A DNA stretch of 64,000 bases from Candidatus Latescibacterota bacterium (GTDB taxonomy: Bacteria; Latescibacterota; UBA2968; UBA8231), in assembly GCA_965248265.1 (NCBI GenBank), contig CBDFJF010000001.1:1024001-1088000 (forward strand), given 5' to 3'. Position 1 is the stretch's first letter. The number at the start of each line of letters is the position of its first letter. Shown here in pieces: positions 59,880 through 64,000 of this stretch. The translations under genes were made by a program, and so were the position numbers. Under the pieces are notes generated by a model, which did not search any database, was not told where the DNA came from, and was given only the letters and a program-made list of their open reading frames with translations.

Positions 59880-61940
59880 ATGACCGATCATCCACAGATC
59901 CCCGGACTGCTCACCGTCAGAGCCACCGACATGTCGCCTCCCCCTGATTGGGCGCTGATGCAGCGGAAACTCATCAGCACCATGGAGGAGGCGGCGCGCC
60001 TAGCACATGAGAAGTACGCCCGTCCAGGCGGCCTGCCCTACTATGACCTCGACGTCGACGACGTCTACGAGAGCCGGTCGATGCGGGGCATCTTCTACGC
60101 CGTCGGCGCCGACGACGCCCTCCTCGACATCGCCCTCAAGGAATGGAACGCCATCACCCGCTACTACGATGACGGCGTCGCCCCACCGGCCGACGAGCCG
60201 CGCCACCCCATGTACATGGCCCAGTTGCACAAGGAGTGGTGGGGGCTGGCGATCCCCTATAACTCAGACGGCTTCCATATGGGAGAGGGGAACCAGTTTT
60301 TCTACGACTTCGGCGTCGCCTGCCCGACCAACGCGGAAATGTACGAGCGCGCCCGTCGATTCGCCGACATGTACCTGGGAGAGGACCCTGAGACGCCCAA
60401 CTACGACCCGGAACACAAAATCATCCGGTCAGCGTGGCACGGCAGCAGTGGGCCCTTCTTAGGTGACAATTTCCGCGACCATGTCCTCATTCACGTAGGC
60501 GGCGAGACCACCGGCATTCTCGAGTTGGTCAGGGACCGGCTCGACCGGGGATCGATGGGCAACTACGGCCATCGCACGGGTCTGGGTGACAATCCGAGCA
60601 ACGAGCCCCTCCACACCACCCTGTACCCGATCATCGAGGAGTTGGAACCGAGGTGGTTCGAGGACCCGGACCGGCGAGACGAGATCATTCGCCTGTTCGA
60701 AGACGTCGCCCTCAACGGTGACAAACCCGAAAACCTGATCATGACCGCCCTCGTCACCAACGCCTATCTCTACACGGGGGACGAAAAATACAGGCGCTGG
60801 GTCCTGGAGTACGTGGATGCCTGGATGGACCGATTAAATGAGAACGGCGGCATTGTGCCGGACAACGTCGGCCCCACTGCCAAAATCGGTGAGCAGCGGG
60901 AAGGCCAGTGGTGGGGTGGACTCGGCGGCTGGGACTCCAGCGTTGCCGGCGGCACGGACCGCATCTTCAACAGCTGCACCATCGCGGCCGAGTGCGCCCT
61001 GTTGCTCAGCGGCGATCAGAAATATCTGAAGCTCATCCGCTCCCAGATCGAGTTCCTGCTGAGCATGGCGAAGAAGAATGAGGACGGACAGCTCCAATGG
61101 CCTGCCCGTCACGGGCCCGACGGTTGGGAGTCGTACCGGTCGATTCAGATGAGGGACATGGCCCATCTCTACCACGCCTCCATGGGCGAGGAGGACTACA
61201 TCCTCGTCAGCCAGATTCGCGAGGGTGACGTGGAGCGGGACTGGAATCACATCCAGCCCTGGATGGACCGGCGCAGCAAAACCGGCGATCCGGAGCTGCC
61301 CAGGTTCCAGTACTACGACGGCAAGAACCCGGATTGGCCGCTGCGAATCCTTAGTGCTGAGTACGAAATGATGATGAGATTCTACGAAGGCATGCTCGTC
61401 GACGACCGCAGTGTAGAGGAGATGATTGAGGACAACCAGTGGCCGCCCAATCCGGTCGTCGTCAAAGGGCTTGTCCAAGTCACCATGGGGACACCACAGA
61501 CTCTTTATAATGGTGGACTGTTGCGGGCCACCGTCCGTTACTTCGACTTGGACCGAATGCGTCCGGGCCTGCCAAGTGACATCGCAGCGCTCGTCGAAAG
61601 CCTGGGGCCGGAGCACGTTGGCATTCACCTCGTCAACACCAGCGCCACCCAGGCACGCAACCTGGTGATCCAGGCCGGAGCCTTCGGAGAGCACCAGTTC
61701 AGAGGCGCCACCTATAACCGGATGTCCCTGGAGTACAAGCGACCGATCGGATCGAACCTCCAGTTAAGAGCCAGGGCCAAGCACGTTCTGACTGATGAGA
61801 AGGTAGACCTGGATTCAAAGTACCTGGGTGTGGAGCTGCCACCGATGTCGTCCATTCGGATCAGGCTCGGCATGCGGCGTTTCGTCAACGACCCGAGCTA
61901 CGCCTTCCCGTGGCACGGTGGCAGAGTGCCCAAGCAGTAG
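59880..61940 (+). CDS. Uncharacterised conserved protein, paralogue 3 of 3
   Basis: AGGAG RBS; same motif series as 24128-26080. Confidence 0.9.
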   Translation: MTDHPQIPGLLTVRATDMSPPPDWALMQRKLISTMEEAARLAHEKYARPGGLPYYDLDVDDVYESRSMRGIFYAVGADDALLDIALKEWNAITRYYDDGVAPPADEPRHPMYMAQLHKEWWGLAIPYNSDGFHMGEGNQFFYDFGVACPTNAEMYERARRFADMYLGEDPETPNYDPEHKIIRSAWHGSSGPFLGDNFRDHVLIHVGGETTGILELVRDRLDRGSMGNYGHRTGLGDNPSNEPLHTTLYPIIEELEPRWFEDPDRRDEIIRLFEDVALNGDKPENLIMTALVTNAYLYTGDEKYRRWVLEYVDAWMDRLNENGGIVPDNVGPTAKIGEQREGQWWGGLGGWDSSVAGGTDRIFNSCTIAAECALLLSGDQKYLKLIRSQIEFLLSMAKKNEDGQLQWPARHGPDGWESYRSIQMRDMAHLYHASMGEEDYILVSQIREGDVERDWNHIQPWMDRRSKTGDPELPRFQYYDGKNPDWPLRILSAEYEMMMRFYEGMLVDDRSVEEMIEDNQWPPNPVVVKGLVQVTMGTPQTLYNGGLLRATVRYFDLDRMRPGLPSDIAALVESLGPEHVGIHLVNTSATQARNLVIQAGAFGEHQFRGATYNRMSLEYKRPIGSNLQLRARAKHVLTDEKVDLDSKYLGVELPPMSSIRIRLGMRRFVNDPSYAFPWHGGRVPKQ

Positions 61941-61984
61941 CGGTTCCAAGAGGTGGGGTGAACCCCGTAACTGCAGAGTGAGAC

Positions 61985-63514
61985 ATGCCAACCCTCAACA
62001 CCTACAGCTATGCCATAAACGACAAAGCCATCGCCGCAGGTTATCAGACCCTGCGCGGTTCACGCGCGATAATCCCAGGCGAACCGGTCGAAGTAGGCTC
62101 CCGACGACAACTCCTGATGGACCGGCATGTCGTCGACGACGTCAACGGCGCATTCCGCACCGTCCACCAGCCGGTCAAGCACTCGGCCAACCCTGTAATC
62201 ACGGGCGACCCTGAAGGCGACATCGAGGGACCACACAGCTTCGGCAGCGTTCTCAGAGAGGCGGACACCGGCAAGTTCAGATTGTGGGCGGGCACGACGG
62301 ACGCGACCATCCTGGAGCGGGAAGGCAAAAAGGCGCTCGGCTCACAGCCCTGCCTCTACTACGAATCCGACGACGGTATCGAATGGCGCCGGCCCGAGTT
62401 GGGATTGTTTGAACATTGGGGCGGCAAGGACAACAACGTGTTCTGGGACCATTTGATGGAATGCGTGGTCCCCTTGCCCGAGCGCATGAGCGACAAGGGC
62501 CGCTACGCCCTCATGTACCAACCCATCCTGGACCGCGAACAGCTACCCCCGGACGCCAATCCCATGAGGAAGCACTTCGCTTTCTCCGAGGACGGCATTC
62601 ACTTCACCGACATCGCCGAGAATCCGGTGTTGCAGGGACGCTCGGATACCAACAACTGCATCGTCTACAACCCGGATCGCGGTGTCTTCATGCAGTATCG
62701 CAGATCCACCGTCAACGCCGGAGAGATCCGCCGCATCGCCTACACCGAAAGCGAAGATCTCATCTCCTGGACGCAGCCGGTCACCATCATCGCCCGGGAT
62801 GAAATAGATCCCCTGTTCCTCTACGGGATGCCGGTATCGCGCTACAATGATATGTACCTCGGCTACCTCTTCTGTTTGTGGAGCACGGCCAGGGAGGACG
62901 AGTTCGTCGGCAACGGCAAGGACTTCAAGATGGATACGCAGCTGGCCTGGAGCCGGGACGGAATCAATTGGGAACGCCATCCACAGCGTCCCACCTTCAT
63001 CCCGAATTCCCCTGCGCGGTCCGGCGCCCTCGACTGGGGAATGGCCCAGGGCATGGCCAGCGCGATCGAGATGGGCAACGAAGTATACGTCTACTACGGT
63101 GGCCGTCCCTACCTCCACAATCCCGGCGTCGCCAGGGACAAGCACGACACTCCGCGCAGCATCATGCTCGCGACCCTCAAGCGCGACCGCTTCGTCTCCA
63201 TCGATGCCACCGGCGACGGCGGCTACATGCTTACCAGACCACTCGCTTACCCCGGCGGCCGGCTCCACGTCAATGCTCGCACGACCGGCCCGGATGGCTT
63301 CATCCGCGTGGCAGCGCGTGAGGCAGACGGGGTACGGGATGGCGAGTGGGTCGCAAACTTCCGCTTCGAGAAATCACGCCCGTTCTCCGGCGACAGCCTC
63401 GATGCCGTCTTGTCCTGGGAAGGCAACGACACCTTGAGTTCCTTCCCGTCGACGGTGTTGCGCCTGCACTTCTGGATGGAGAGTGCCGAGTTGTACTCGT
63501 TCTGGTTCAAGTGA
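61985..63514 (+). CDS. Five-bladed beta-propeller glycoside hydrolase-like protein (GH32/43 clan-like)
   Basis: KH.ANPV, ESDDGI.W.RP, SEDGIHF, SRDGINW, RDRFVS, LYSF. Confidence 0.75.
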   Translation: MPTLNTYSYAINDKAIAAGYQTLRGSRAIIPGEPVEVGSRRQLLMDRHVVDDVNGAFRTVHQPVKHSANPVITGDPEGDIEGPHSFGSVLREADTGKFRLWAGTTDATILEREGKKALGSQPCLYYESDDGIEWRRPELGLFEHWGGKDNNVFWDHLMECVVPLPERMSDKGRYALMYQPILDREQLPPDANPMRKHFAFSEDGIHFTDIAENPVLQGRSDTNNCIVYNPDRGVFMQYRRSTVNAGEIRRIAYTESEDLISWTQPVTIIARDEIDPLFLYGMPVSRYNDMYLGYLFCLWSTAREDEFVGNGKDFKMDTQLAWSRDGINWERHPQRPTFIPNSPARSGALDWGMAQGMASAIEMGNEVYVYYGGRPYLHNPGVARDKHDTPRSIMLATLKRDRFVSIDATGDGGYMLTRPLAYPGGRLHVNARTTGPDGFIRVAAREADGVRDGEWVANFRFEKSRPFSGDSLDAVLSWEGNDTLSSFPSTVLRLHFWMESAELYSFWFK

Positions 63515-63626
63515 TCCAATGAGTAGGCGCTAAGACCGACTCGTTACACCGTTGACACTGTCCAAACCGCGCCCTTGGGTGGCAGGCCAGGGTACTGACT
63601 GACCGAGCCATCACCAGGGGCGCAAA

Positions 63627-64000
63627 TTGGCTGCAGCAACACAAGCAAATGGCAGCTGGGTGCAGCGCCTGCGAAGCGCGTTGCAGCTTCTCGTGTTCGC
63701 ATACCGCGTCTTCATTGCTCCCTGGCCCGTGTTTCCCCTCTTCGTGGTGATGGTTGCCGCCGGGGCGACGGCGACCCCGATCGCGCTGGTGTGGGCGACG
63801 ACCGGCCTCGTCGACAGCGCTACTATGGTACTCGCTGACGGCCAGGTGGATGGGGCGTTGCTCGCTATTCTGACACCCTACCTTCCCGCGATTGGCCTGA
63901 TAGCGCTGCTGCGTTATCTCCAGCACATGGCTCAGAACGATGCCCTCATCCGTTTGATGGCGCTGAAGCTGAGTCTGCGCAGCCTGGATCATCTCGAAAC
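63627..64000 (+). CDS. Membrane protein N-terminus, probably ABC transporter permease/ATPase (partial)
   Basis: TTG start after AGGGG; open to the window end; TM helices followed by ...TTGLVD... Confidence 0.6.
   Translation, partial: MAAATQANGSWVQRLRSALQLLVFAYRVFIAPWPVFPLFVVMVAAGATATPIALVWATTGLVDSATMVLADGQVDGALLAILTPYLPAIGLIALLRYLQHMAQNDALIRLMALKLSLRSLDHLE

Noticed and set aside
63507-63992. Minus-strand 161-aa ORF
   Set aside because: Antisense to a better plus-strand membrane-protein frame starting at 63627.

Overview
GC-rich (roughly 60-65% by eye) bacterial accessory-type region. The gene content (CRTAC1/ASPIC-UnbV protein with FlgD-Ig-type tail, PhyH, Gfo/Idh/MocA, sulfatase, sialidase, DUF1080 expansions) suggests a Latescibacterota/Poribacteria-like heterotroph; this is an inference only. 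Contents in order: a two-permease RND efflux system; two identical 1248-bp IS3-family elements in inverted orientation (the second splits a membrane-protein gene with a GTT target duplication); a DUF3179 lipoprotein split by an in-frame UGA at the conserved Cys position with a SECIS-like hairpin behind it (probable selenoprotein); a helical-repeat protein resembling proteasome PC repeats; a sigma-54 signalling block (NtrC-type activator, REC-degenerate GGDEF, two HDOD proteins, two -24/-12 promoters); a lipoprotein serine protease followed by a stand-alone copy of its own N-terminal domain; many carbohydrate/sulfate catabolic genes including three paralogues of an uncharacterised 650-700 aa family; a cluster of IS91/ISCR-like 3'-end remnants interleaved with cargo genes; a NatAB-like ABC operon, phoD and higBA. 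Several genes carry single-base frameshifts in short homopolymers, which may be sequencing error. No rRNA, tRNA or CRISPR array was seen.
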